Positions 15,741 to 29,529 of a DNA stretch of 64,000 bases are shown here, in pieces. The position numbers were made by a program, and so were the translations under genes. How positions within the stretch are numbered: the stretch's first letter is position 1; every line of letters starts with the position of its first letter. The notes under the pieces are model-generated. The model was not told where the DNA came from. It made no database searches and was given only the letters and a program-made list of their open reading frames with translations. Source of the stretch: Chrysomallon squamiferum (taxonomy: Eukaryota; Animalia; Mollusca); NCBI GenBank assembly GCA_012295275.1, contig CM022672.1, positions 3,038,001 through 3,102,000 of the forward strand. Direction: 5' to 3'.

Positions 15741-15901
15741 TTAAATTTTTAAATATGAAAAATAAAACAAAATAATGTTTAAAATCTACATCATTTAGTA
15801 ACATAGTAGCAATAGATCAGTATGTGTAAATAAATTATTTTATGGAATTTAGTAATTTCAGCAATACTGATAATACAACATCCAAAAGCTACAAGAACGT
15901 A

Positions 15902-15947
<46 letters not shown>

Positions 15948-16733
15948 GTAGAAAATGAAGACATTACACTAGTTCCGTGGGTGTATTTTATTCCTGATAG
16001 TATCATTATAATTACGCCGGTGCTGTTTTCGTTTTCTTATTTATGTTATCCTATAACTAAAACATTACATGTCGCCTTCTACCAGTAGAAATGCAACAAC
16101 AACAACATTATTTGAGCCAGTCCTCAAGTCGATTTCTTCATCGCTTGCGTCCCTTGAGCCAAAAGATTCTCTCACTTTCTGCACGGATGCTGAAATCCCG
16201 ATGATGTAAATGCCATGCAATTAGTTTCTAAATGAAGCAGAAACACGGGACACGGCTATAAACCTTTATTAAAGGGTGAATACACTTTAATATTGGATGA
16301 GGACGCTGGATGTTCACGTGGACAAGTGTTAATATAATGAAGAAGAGTATTAATTAATATGGACAGTGCTTCAGATCATCGAGGTATGCGAGTCATCTCT
16401 GACTTTATTGCTTTTATTCGCCAATAAATCTAAACCTGCCCCTTTTCACAAGTCGATCTGCTAATTAACAGCATTCCTGGAACCGTTCTACAAATAAGAC
16501 AAGTGCTTGTGGCAGACTGAATTTTGTAGAGCCTTTATTTTATTTTTTTTTTTTTTTTTTTCCCGGCATAAATAATGTTCATTTACATTCCTGTTCATAA
16601 TATATATAATAACTATAATAACAAAATTGTATCAGATTGTTAAATTCAATCGATAGAAAAATTAAAAACAATTTGTAAAACGTTGATGAGGAGTTTGTTT
16701 TAAATGACCATTAATGTCTTGTATTTGCATCGG

Positions 16734-16802
<69 letters not shown>

Positions 16803-17033
16803 TTTATTTTTTCCAGCCAATGTTTTATCACTAATATATGAAAAAACGTTCTGGATTATTCCATAGGAAAATCAATTTCAGTCTAATATTAATCTAAAGC
16901 CATTACAGTGTTTCATGACAATGAATAAGTAAGATAAATTAATGTGAACATAAAGCACGAAAACTTTAATTTAGATCTGTAACTATGCAAATATATAATT
17001 ATCCTTTTTCACAGTCTTTCACTCACACACACA

Positions 17034-17121
<88 letters not shown>

Positions 17122-17259
17122 TCTTCTCTCAGTTAATTAAAAAAAAAGCAACATTAGGTTTGTAATCTACTATTTGTCAATCTTTAAATATTTTATGATT
17201 TTAATTCCAGTACGAATATATTAGTTGAACCCATAACAATTATTAAAGAGCCAAAACAT

Positions 17260-17296
<37 letters not shown>

Positions 17297-17322
17297 CAAC
17301 AACAACAATAACAATAATAATT

Positions 17323-17357
<35 letters not shown>

Positions 17358-17907
17358 TTTACAGACAGAAAGAAAAGCATAAACAACTCCGAATGTAATT
17401 CAAGATCTCAACCAAAAAAAAAAATAAATAAATAAATAAAAAAGTATGTTTAGTTATACTTTAAACTGTAAAGAAGACAAATCTGAAACAGTTTTCTGTA
17501 CCATTAATGCAAAGAAATGTCAAGCGTATAACACTCTCATTATCCCATGTCTTACAAAAGACTTAACACATAAACTTGGCTTAGACAAACAAGATAGTCC
17601 GTACATTATGTCAGCACAATTATTTATCTCTAATTATAGATTTCTGCAGGTAATGAAGATTAGGTTTTAAATCAATGCACGCAGAATGTTTCTTTGAAAT
17701 CACATTGAGAAAAATGGACCTTGTTTCAGCAGTTAGTTGTGTTAGTTATTGCTTAAATATTAGATATTTTATGTGCGTATGCATGTCCGTGCGTGTGTAT
17801 GTACCTGTATGTACGATGGTAAGTACACATTACGTATATATTAACAAAAAAACAAATAAAAAATAACACTTGATGTATATTTGATAATGAGGTATATTTA
17901 TCATATA

Positions 17908-17944
<37 letters not shown>

Positions 17945-18029
17945 CTCGGTAAAACATTTTAAAATTGATTCTTTTAGAATATAATTATCTTAATACGCAC
18001 AAGCAGAAACATATACACGTGCTTACATA

Positions 18030-18539
18030 TACTCTCCCGAAAAAGAATGAATAATAGTAACGCTGTATTCCTGCACGACAATGCGAAACCACATACACCC
18101 AGACTCACAACAGCGTACATACACAACAATAACATTCAGGTCCTGCCCTGGCCCTCTAAATCTCCGGATTTGAACTCTATAGAGCATTTATAGGACGAGT
18201 TGGATAGATGACTGAGGCAGCATCAATTACAGCCACAGAATCGTCCTCAGTTGGCATTATTACTACAGACAGCGTGGGCCACCATTCCACAAGGTGTAAT
18301 TCATAATGTCATTACTGCCATGGGAAGGAGATGTCAGGCAGTTCTGGACTCCGATGGTGGGCACACAAGGTATTGATATTATACTGTTATAACCTTGAAC
18401 TTTAACCTTTTCAATGAAATACCATCAATATTAATGAATTGCGAAAGTGTGTGTAAAATGTGAACATTCTGCTGATCCATTAGATAGACATTCCATATGT
18501 CAATAAAATCTACCTTTGCGTTTCTTTTTTGTTACAGTA
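18030..18539 (+). mobile_element. Internally deleted Tc1 (DD34E) DNA transposon remnant
   Basis: 18047-18376 reads FLHDNAKPH...WPSKSPDLNSIEHL*...GGHTRY*, with 34 residues between D and E and stops at 18191 and 18209. Imperfect TIRs TACTCTCCCGAAAAAGAA and TTCTTTTTTGTTACAGTA, each flanked by TA. Confidence 0.92.
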
Positions 18540-18821
18540 TATTAACATATAATGTAAATAAGAGAGCGTACGTGCTGTTATGCGCGTTGCGTCCGTGCGC
18601 GCACTCTTTTGTGTCTGTACGTGTGTATATGTGTACATATGAAAAAAACTTAGACACACACCTACGCCTCAAACACCTTACTCTGAAAATGTAACAATAT
18701 CGTTTTTTTTTATTATTTTTTTTATTTATTTATTTATTTATTTATTTATTTTCTATATCTCTCCGAAACCCAGAAACAGGAAATGATCATTTGCATATTA
18801 CAACGGTTAAGCACAATCATG

Positions 18822-18854
<33 letters not shown>

Positions 18855-20092
18855 CTTACATGCAAACACAGAACGTGTATAACCCTTTAGAATAAAATGT
18901 TCTATTTGTCCTTTCGGCTCAGATGAGTTTTGAGTTCGCAGTTAGCAAACAAAAGAACATTAAAACACTTCGTTGCTCGGTCTTGATGCAGTGGAGAATA
19001 ATACACCGTGTTAAATGATAATCTGAAACCGTTCCAATATTTCCTGGTTGTTTTGATCAATTTATTTTAGTACAGAACGAACAACACGCCAGTGGCAAAT
19101 GGATTTTTATGTTGTTGTTTAGATTGTTTAGATTGTTTGTTGATGGGTTTTTTTTTTTGTTTTTTTTTTGTGTGTTGTTGTTTAGGTTGTTTTTGTTTGT
19201 TTTGTTTTATTTTTATTTTTATTTTTATTATTATTATTTATTTATTTTTGTATTATTATTATTTTATTTTTATCGTGTTTCAGTCTTGTGGGTCAAATGC
19301 ATTAAGTCCCGTTCATTTCAAATTCATATTTATACTAAAAATAAAAAATAAATGTGAAGCACGTACATACACACACACATCCATACACATTGTTTTATAA
19401 TGACATTGTTCGCATTAACTATTCATGATTACTGTAATATTAACAACAAGAGAAATTTAATAAATAAGTAAATAAGCAAATAAATAGGTTCGCCAGACTG
19501 AAATAGCTGCCGATCGAATCAGCAGTTGCTGAGAATGGGTATTGAGTCTTTGTTTTGTTTTCATCTTTCATTACTCTGCTTAATAAACAGGAATCCAACC
19601 AATTTAAGTCAGTTTATATTTTTTTTTGACGAGTTCATATAATCCTGTGGACCAAAACATATCCTTTAATGACCCACATACTGTTTTAAATGGGCGAATT
19701 AAAAAATTAAAAATTAAAAAACTATCGGTCACGAATAAATTCTTTCGGAGCTAATGTAACCTAATTCTTTTCTTTCTTGGTGCTTGCTAATGCTATTGAA
19801 TAAATCAAATATTTTATATATTTTAATTCATCAAAAATATTCAATTATGAACAGAAAGTGATGCGTCCTGTCATATGAAAGAACTGCATTATTATTGCGT
19901 TCCTGACGGCAGAGTGCTAAGGTGAAAGCAAATGACTATCCACCACCTTGAAAAGAAGATTTAATTACTTTCACTGAATAGTTTTCCCCGCCAGTAGCCC
20001 CCAAGACAAACAAGTCAGAATATTATATTCGGCACGATATTGGTATATTAGCCATAATTGCTATTATAGTTCGAGGGGGAACAGTTTCAACT

Positions 20093-20107
20093 GGCGGCCA
20101 TTGTTTT
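20093..20107. promoter_or_regulatory. YY1-like motif in the probable promoter of the BRME1-like gene
   Basis: GGCGGCCATTGTTTT about 1.1 kb upstream of the first coding exon, near the end of the CpG-retaining zone; possible non-coding exon donor at 20421. Confidence 0.3.
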
Positions 20108-20335
20108 AGGCATATTAAGTCTTCGTTTAAAATGTTTTTCTGTTGTTACTATTCGGCCACTTCTGTTATTAATATACAACAACCACATCATTTTATATTT
20201 ATATATATAAACAACTACTAGGCCTACTACTAATTTTACTATTAGATCTCCTGATGCTACTACAGCTATTATTCTGTAAGTAGAAGAAGAAGAAGGAGAA
20301 GAAGAAAACAAACAAACAACAACAACAACAACATG

Positions 20336-20368
<33 letters not shown>

Positions 20369-20592
20369 TGTATTAGATAACCGTGAAGTTTCTAATGTGC
20401 CCCTCCTCGCAACTGCCACGGTATTCGTGGTTGTTTAGTTGCTAATTTATTACAGCCTATTTCGTTTTAGTGCATGAAGCTTTTTGGCTAATGTAATTTA
20501 TAACAAGACGTTTTACTAAACACGTTTGGCAAAAAAATACTTGTTATTAACAAATTACAAGAATAAATAAGACTGTTTATAATAAAGTAACA

Positions 20593-20634
<42 letters not shown>

Positions 20635-21190
20635 CTCTCTGTAAATTCTGTTTATAGTCTATTCATACCAGATGTCATTGAAATGTGTTGCATTTAAACT
20701 TTAACTAGCTGCTGTAAAATAGAGTTGTTTCCCCTGATTATAGAGTGTTGCAGACGTCTTATTCTGGATTAGTTTTAAACTTTCAATATTTTTGGATATT
20801 AGTAAGTTATGCTTTTTAAATTATTATAAAGATGTGTATTTTTATTTAACAATCGTGTATTTGTTGGGGTTTTTTCAAAGTATTAAAGGATTTACATAAA
20901 TCGGCAAATAGTGTAAATAATTGAAATTGCAGACGTCAAAACAAAACTGAAATGAAATGAAAATGTATTTGCAAGTTTGAAACGTGTTTATTAGATCTAA
21001 TTAAAATAATATACTTTAGTAATTTTTAATACTTTTTTATATATTATTTTAATACAACAACATTTATAACAATAAAATTTAATTTTCAGTGTTGAGAAAC
21101 TGTTTAGTTGACATCCTGATAGCCTAAAAGTACATTTCATTTCATTTTTCTTATTATTTTGTTTTCTTTAGGTAGCAATTTGACAAAAAA

Positions 21191-21239
21191 ATGTATGAAC
21201 AAAAGTTGACTGGAAAATTGAAGAAAAGGAAGTCTTCAA
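21191..21239 (+). CDS. BRME1-like gene, first coding exon (exon starts 21172)
   Basis: Polypyrimidine + TAG acceptor, AAAATG start, MYEQKLTGKLKKRKSS (basic, NLS-like), GTAAGT donor. Confidence 0.7.
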
Positions 21240-24200
21240 GTAAGTGACATTTGTCTATTTGTTTAGAGGATTACTCGGTAAACAGTACACCTTATCATTT
21301 ATGATGAGAACCAGAAACAGTTTAATCATCTTTGTATTTTGACTAAAGCTTTTAAGGAAATAACCCATAATTACATTGTTAAACTTCAGGTAAGAACTGT
21401 TTTAAAGTTATTTATCCTCTCTATCTATTTTTTTTTTTAATTTCTATTTTTTATTTTTATTATTATTATTATTATTTTTTTAATCAAACCTCTATTTTGT
21501 AAAGTATGAAAATAATGAAAATTGTCAAAATTATATTAACATTTAATGCCTCTTCAGAGGAATAAAGTTATATAAAATGAAATTAAAACTAAAGAGTTCT
21601 GAAAATAATAAATGTCTATTAATGCAGCTGAATATTAAAAGTAATCATAATAACAATAACAACAATAATAATAAATAAATAAATATTCTTTTAAAATCCC
21701 AGTTATATAAATTATAAAAAAGACTTCAACTAAATTGTGATGCCTGCATGTAATAGTGTTCTTGACATCTTGGAACAATGTAATGACTGTAACAGCAGTC
21801 CAGTACTCTGTCTGGGTATCATCTGCTTTTACTACAATTGATAATTTTACTGTTAAATAATGTTACCCATCTCAGTAATGAAGAAGTTAAAGTTACTTAA
21901 GGTAGTACATCTGTGATAACTTAATGTTGAAAAATCAAACATTTCTTCCTGCATGAATTTATTATTATTTCTTCTTTTTTTAAATAAATAAATAAAATTT
22001 AAAAAAATATATTTTTCCAGAATATACATCATTTTTATATGATACTACAACACAAGACACATTACAACTTTGGTTCAAACATTAATAGAATGCATGAAAA
22101 ATTCAAGAAAAAAATATATATCATCTGTTTCAAATTTATATAATATTTTGGTTTTGTTTTATGTACAGTAATGTGAAAACATTTCTGTTGCTTTCTAGTA
22201 TATATGTAAAACAGAAGTTTATATTAAAATAGTTTTCTTTATATATTTGAAAGCATTAGTAAGTTTAAGAAATGTAATTTCAAGTATATTATTATATTGT
22301 TGTAAGAGTTCATAGCTTCTGCATGAAATATGTTATTTTTTCTTTCCTTTTTTTCTTTTTTCTTCTGTGTTACATGTTAAGATTTTTCTTTATTTTTCTT
22401 TATTGCATTAAAGTGATTTAGTAAATAGAAGGTCCCCATAAATAATTGAAATATGTGTCATTTTTCTTTGGGTTTAAGCATTTATATTTTTTTACATATA
22501 ATGCAATAAAAATGAAGTAATGTTTCATTAAGTATTGATTTTGTTTTACCTTAAATGAATTGTTGTTCAGGTTTCATTCTTACTTTTTGCTATTGTTGTT
22601 ACTTATTTGTTTCTTGTAATTGTTACTGTTGCTGTTCATTATCAGCATCATCATCACTATTACTATTACTATATTCTCAAAACATAACAGATAGCAAGAC
22701 TTTGAGGAAGACAAAGAAGGGAGTTAACAGTGATACTGAAGAAATTCCTGAAAAAAAGCCAAAATTAAAGAAGACTGAGTGAGTAATTTAAGTACAGATT
22801 GATAATCCATCATCCAAAATTCAGAAGTCAAATATTTTAAATTTGACTAATTGTTCCTAATCATAAAAAACATTTCTGCTGTAGGTGTAGCTGCTAAATG
22901 TAAAGAAACGAATACAGTATCGAATATCCAGTATATTTTTCATGCACTTACAATAATTATAATGTTTTAATTAGGTGAAATGATTTTCTAGAATTTCTTG
23001 CCGTATTTAAATTATTCTAATGCCATTAATGTTAGAGAAAATTAATAATTAATGTATTCATTGTGTCACAGTGGTAATTAGTTAACACAAATGTTTGGTT
23101 TTTTTAAATATTTCTTTTCAGAGACAAACTAATCAGGCAGGAAAAAATAATACCTTCATTTGGAAATAAAGAGAAAAAATTAGCCACGTCAGTTAGCAAA
23201 AGAAGGTTAATGCCTTAAATGTTTTTTTTAGTAAAATAAAAACTAAATGTTCAGACTAAAATATTAAAGAAGCAATTTCAGCTTGCATTAGCTGCTAACT
23301 GAAAAAAAAGTCTAATGTGATTTTATCTTGCATCAGTTAATAAATTAGTAACCCTAATGCTAATTAATATCATGTAAATTGTAATCTTGAAAAGACAGCT
23401 TTTATTTTAAGAAATGTTTCAGTTTGTCTTTTAATAATTCAAACATAAAAAATGTTTTTTTAATTTGTTTCTTTCTTCTTCATTTTCTGAGTATTAAAAT
23501 TATTCAATTAATATTGAATATTAAAACAGATTTAACCATATGCATCCTTTTTTTTTTCTTCCTGTATAAATCCACATCACTAAACATTAATGAAAAACAT
23601 TTATATTTACACACACTCACATATACACACTTCATACATAATTATGTACATACATTCTATGTATATATAAGCAGGGACATAGAGCATTTTTAATAATTTG
23701 GCATGTAATCAATTTTTGACAGATCAGTTACCAAAGGAAAACAGTTCAGTATAGATGACCTTAAAAGCAAAGAATCTGAGTCAGATAAGCAGAATGAAAA
23801 TCAAAGTGACATTATCCAAAAAGAAACTGAACCAAGACCAAACAGTAGTTCAAGTGAATTACCCTATTTGAAAGAATCTGCTGACCTGTCAGTGGAGTTG
23901 AACCATGTCAAAGATGCTGGAGTTAGTGCTACTAGTAAGTGTGAAGAAACTGATACACTTCCAGAAATATTTACAGAAGTTTCCAACATTTCAAGTTCAG
24001 TTGGAATTACTGCAGTCACAAAAAATATAATGAATGAAACTGAAAATCCAAATCAGTCTGAATTAATTTCTGATTCTATAAATCCATGCATTAACCTGAA
24101 TTCAGTTCAACAGGATATAAAGGAAACAGAAGATTCAGATAAGACTAAACTAACTATAAATCAGAGCAATAACAATAGTTCAGTAGAAGGCAATGAAAAT

Positions 24201-27200
24201 AAAAATTTAGATGAAACTGAATTAATTTCTGATATTTTAAATCCAGTTAAGAATGAGAATCTGCTTCAGAATCTTCCAGATGAAAATATTTCTGATACAT
24301 TAAATCTAGATCAGCATGAGGGCAGTGAAACCATTAATCTGAATTCATTTCAACAGGAAATTAAGGTAACAGAAAATTCAAATAAGACTAAACTAACTTT
24401 AAATCAGAGCAATAATAATAGTTCAGCTGAGAATGAGAATCTGTTTCAGAATCTTCCAGATGAAAAACTGATACATTAAATCTAGTTCAGCATGAAGGCA
24501 GTGAAACCATGAAGTCATTTCAGATTGAATTAAGTTCTGATATTTTTAGTCCAGGCAGTAATCAGAATGTGATTCAAGCTGAAATTTATGAAACTGAAAA
24601 ATCACATCAAAGTGAAAAGCTTGCTGTTCAACAGGAAGAAAAGGAACCAGAAATAAGTCAACAAACTGAAATAACTAAAAATACTTCAAGTCAGTTTCAA
24701 CAGGAAGGCAGTGAAACTGAAAAGTCATTTCAGACAGAATTAATTTCCAATACTTTAAATACAGATATTAATCAGATAGTAGTTCATCAAGTTGGTAATG
24801 AACCTAAAACATTACTTCAGACTGAAATAAATTCTGGTGTATTAAATTCAGGCATTGATTTGCAACTAGTACAAAAGGAAGAAAGTCAAAAAGAAAAGGA
24901 ACTCAAGACTGAAATTAATTTTATTACTCCAAATTCAGTTGAGCAGAAGAAAATTGAAACAGAAAATCTACAACAGACAAAACAAAATAGTGATACTTTA
25001 AATACAAGTATTCATTTGAAAACAGATCAACAGAAAGGTAATGAAGATGAAATTATTTCTTATACTTTAAATGCTGGCAGTAATCACAATCCAGTTCAAT
25101 ATGAAACCAGTGAAATAGAAAGGTTATGTGACATTTCTGATGCTTTAAATCCAGGTAAGGAACAGAATTCCATTCAACAAAAAGGCAATAAAATTGAAAA
25201 TCTACCTAAAACTTCAGATACTTTGAATTCAGACAATAATTTTGTTTATCATGAAAGAAATGAAACAGAAAAATTGCATCAAACTGAATTCACTTTAACT
25301 CCAGATATTAATCAGAGCATGGTTCAGCAAAAAGGCAGTGAAATAGAACAGATAACTCACTCTGAACTAACCTCCAATAATTTAACTTCAGTTCAGCAGG
25401 AAGATAGTGAAATTAAAATGTTACTTCACACTGATCTAACATCAGTTTGTCAACAAGAATGTTTTGAAACACCTTCAACAAATGTAAATATAATTCAAAC
25501 CCCAGTACAAGATAATAACGAAAGAAAGACACAGCCTTTATTAGATTCTGACACATGTTATAATTTACTGCCAACCAACAAAGAAGCTAAACCTAGCAAT
25601 AACAATGGATGCACATTCTAATCTTGAGGAAAAAGAAATGAAAGAAGAAGAATCAGAAAAGTTTTTGAAGTTTTTATCAACCTCTCAGATAGACAATATT
25701 AAAGATCAAAGAAAAGACATCCAAAGTACAAAAACAAACACAATATCTAAAGTGGTAACTCATGAAGACAAAAATCAAGCAAATGATGTCCACTGGTCAG
25801 AAAAATATCCAGTAGCACCTCATCATCCACAAAGAGATTACCAAACAAAAATTGAATCAAATGATACAGTAAGAGCAACCCATCAGAAAGATAAAGAAAA
25901 AACAATACATTCTCAGGTTATGGAAAATAATGTAATTACTCCTTCAGTAGAAAAAGAAAAGAATTTGCATATGAACAATTCAAAACAAGAAATTGTTCCA
26001 GACAAATGTAATTCAGAAAACAAGCAACCAACAGTTCTGACTGAAAATGTTAGTTTCTCACCAATAAATAAACTTACAGACAAAGACAAAGAGAAGATGT
26101 CAAATTCTGACATAGTGATGATTAAAGAAAATGACCAAGCAATTGTAAGAAGTCCAATTCCCTTAACTGAAAGTAAAATGATGGACATATCATCTGTTTT
26201 TATAAAACCTGATAATCATGAGGATAACACTGAAAAACATAGAAATTTAAATTCAGAGACTAAAAAACTTTTTACTCAGGAGTTGGATAATAAGATGCAA
26301 ATTGGCTATCAAGAATGCATCCAGACTAAAGATATAATAAAATGTTCTAATGATGTTGATTTTGAAAATAATAAAAATGATGATAATTTTGTAAAACATA
26401 AAGAACAAAGGCTTACAAATATCATTAAGAAAGAAAACATTAAAGTCACAAAAGTGTCGGATAACTATTGCTGTCCTTCTGATAGATTTGGCAAAGAAAA
26501 TAAAGATATCAGTGGAAATATTAGCATTCAACTGATTAACCCAATCCCACAACTAGAAACTAATGAGAATGTAAGAAATCCATCTGTACAAACTAAACCA
26601 GAAAACAAATGTGATAAAGAGAACATCATGGAGTCTAAGCATTATCTGAAAACAGATAAAACTGAAATTAGTGTTCCTGCATCCAGTGTTTATCATGTAG
26701 ATCAGAAGATTATAAACAGTGAAAAAATGACAAAAGAATACTTATCAGCTCCAGGTACATCATGTGTATTTGAATCAACAAAAGTACAGGAAGGTAAGCA
26801 GCAAATACTCTGACATTTATTTATTACTCCATGTCTCAGTATTCTTGGAAAATGAAAAACTAATAAGTATATATATATATATATATTTTTTTTTTTCAAG
26901 TTTAAATAAGTACAAGAATGAATAGGAAAATGCAGTTTTATAGAGGTTTCCTATATTGCTTTGCACATATATTTCAAGGAAAATAGAAAATTAAGAAAGT
27001 TTTTGATTAAAATGTTTTTTATTTCAACTTTAAAAAATACTAAAACAAAGAAATGCAGCACAGTTCAAAAAGTATTGTAAGATTTTTTAATGTTACTTTA
27101 TACACAAACCTTTGTGGAAAAAAGAAAGTAATAAACACAATCATTAAACTTTCTTTTATGTTCATTTCCATCAATCATAAAAACGTACTGTAATAAAAAA

Positions 27201-29453
27201 AAGATGTCAAACATTTATAAAATACAGTTAATTTACTTGGAACACCTGAGTTTTGTTTGAATGGTTTAAGTTTTAGTTTTTATTGGAATTTCCTGAGTAA
27301 TCGTTGTTTGAGAAAAAGTACACAGAAAGCTTCTTTATTAACCATCAAAAAAATCTAGAGTGATATATGATGTCTACTGAATCAGTACTCTTTCCCATAT
27401 TTATCACCATAGTTTATTTTGAAAGTATTTTTGGGGGGTCCATAAGGAGCATTTTATTTTGTTGACGGTTTATTTTATATTTGTTCATTGTTGTTATATT
27501 ATTTATAATTATGTTCTTAAACTTAGATAAAGCGTCAGATTTTGACATCTCTTTGAAAACTTTAAAGAGTTTAATGTAGATAAACTGATTTTATTTCAGT
27601 ACCAAATGTAATGTTTGATACAGATTTATCAGACTCACAGTTGTGTCAAATAGATCTGGAAGAATCACAAAGGTGTGTATAAAAGTATTGAACTGATCAT
27701 ATTACAGAACAAGGAGAGGATATCATTTAAAAATCATGAATATTTTCAGTAAATTAGACAGAGAGGTGGATTTCCTTACTTTTGTACTCGGTTTGGAAAG
27801 TAACCAACTACTTAACCTCAGATAAGAATATGAACTTATTAAACTGTCTGAATCCAGTATTTTGTAATAAATATTGACTAAGTCATTTAGTACCATATTC
27901 TTTTCTTTTAATGTTAAAATTTAAATTATGTGTGCACTGGTGTGTATGTATGTGGGTGTGTATGCATATGTGCACATCTGTGAGCTTGTGTATACGTGTG
28001 TACATGTGTGCATGCATGTATATATGTGAGTGTGCGTAAATCTAGATGAACCACAGATTTCATTAAATAATGTGTTGAAGTTATTTTGCTTTGCAGTCAT
28101 GCTGCTTTTATACCCTTAATTACAGATTGTTTATGTATGAAATTAGTAAGAATGTAATCATAAATGTTATTTTCATTATACACTTTTATTTAAACCCACA
28201 GTAGAAATAGCATGCTTGAAATGTTTTATTCAAGATATTGTAGATGATAAAAACATATAGCTCAGATTCATTTTGTTTACATTTATAGTACTAAATAACA
28301 CAATATAGTTTGCTTTCTTAGATGTAATAAATAATTTTAATTCATGTATTTTCAGTTTGTTAAAATCAATCACTTTACAAAGAAAGAAAGCTGAAGAAGG
28401 TGAAAAAGTGGTTCAAAATCTCATTAATGACATGCAGTATCTAAAGTTAGTTTCATTACTTTTGTTTAATCAATTATTTTTATTATAGGGATTTTTAATT
28501 TTTATTTATTTTTAAATATGTCTTTACTTACATTTGACATTCTGTAGACTGCAGAAAGAGGAATATTAAAATTACCCTATGAAGATACACTGTTGTTGTT
28601 TTTTTAATGGTAATAATGAAATTAGAAAAAAAATATTTGAATAAAATACATGTTGAAAAAGTATAAGCTACCATTTTCACTTTTATGTGTGTATATGTTT
28701 GTGTGCATGCTAAGTGTCAGTTAAAAGAAAAAGGGAGTTTTGGGGTTTGTTTGTTTTTGAAACTTGGTAAAGTTACCATATTTTTTATTAGCATTTTAAA
28801 AAAAAAAAATGTTTTTATTATTAACATTATTTTATTTCATTTTATTTTATTTTACAGGTTTTTTTTTGTGTTATTTCAATATATACATAACACGTGTGTC
28901 TGTCTCTGTGTGTTTGTGCATGTGTTTGTGTGTGTGTGTGTGTGTTTGAAATAAAACAAAAATAAACGTAAAATAAAATGTAAAAAATACACACACACAC
29001 AATTTATTTATTTATTATTCAGTTACTGTGTAGAGAGGTGATATTTTCATCCACATGTTTTGACTGGGAAATTTTATTATATAGACCATACACTTTACAT
29101 TTAAAGGTCAGCTTTAAATAATTAAATTTAAAAGACAGCTACCAAAAATGAAACATATAATATTAAAAATAATAATAATAATTGTACTGCCCTTTCTCAT
29201 TTTCTTTAAAAATAAAAGATTGCATCTGACCTTTTATGTAATTTTATATGACAATGTTTTATTCATATAATTTTTTTCTGACAATTCAAATTATCTGTGC
29301 TAATTTTCAGTAGGACTGCTAAAAAGTAATTCAGATTCATTAATAATTAATAATAAAAGTTAATAATCCTGAGAATAGTTTTAATGTTACAATTTTAATA
29401 TTGATAAAAGAAAAATAGGATTTAGAAAATGGACATGGTGTAAAAGCGTCTGC

Positions 29454-29529
<76 letters not shown>

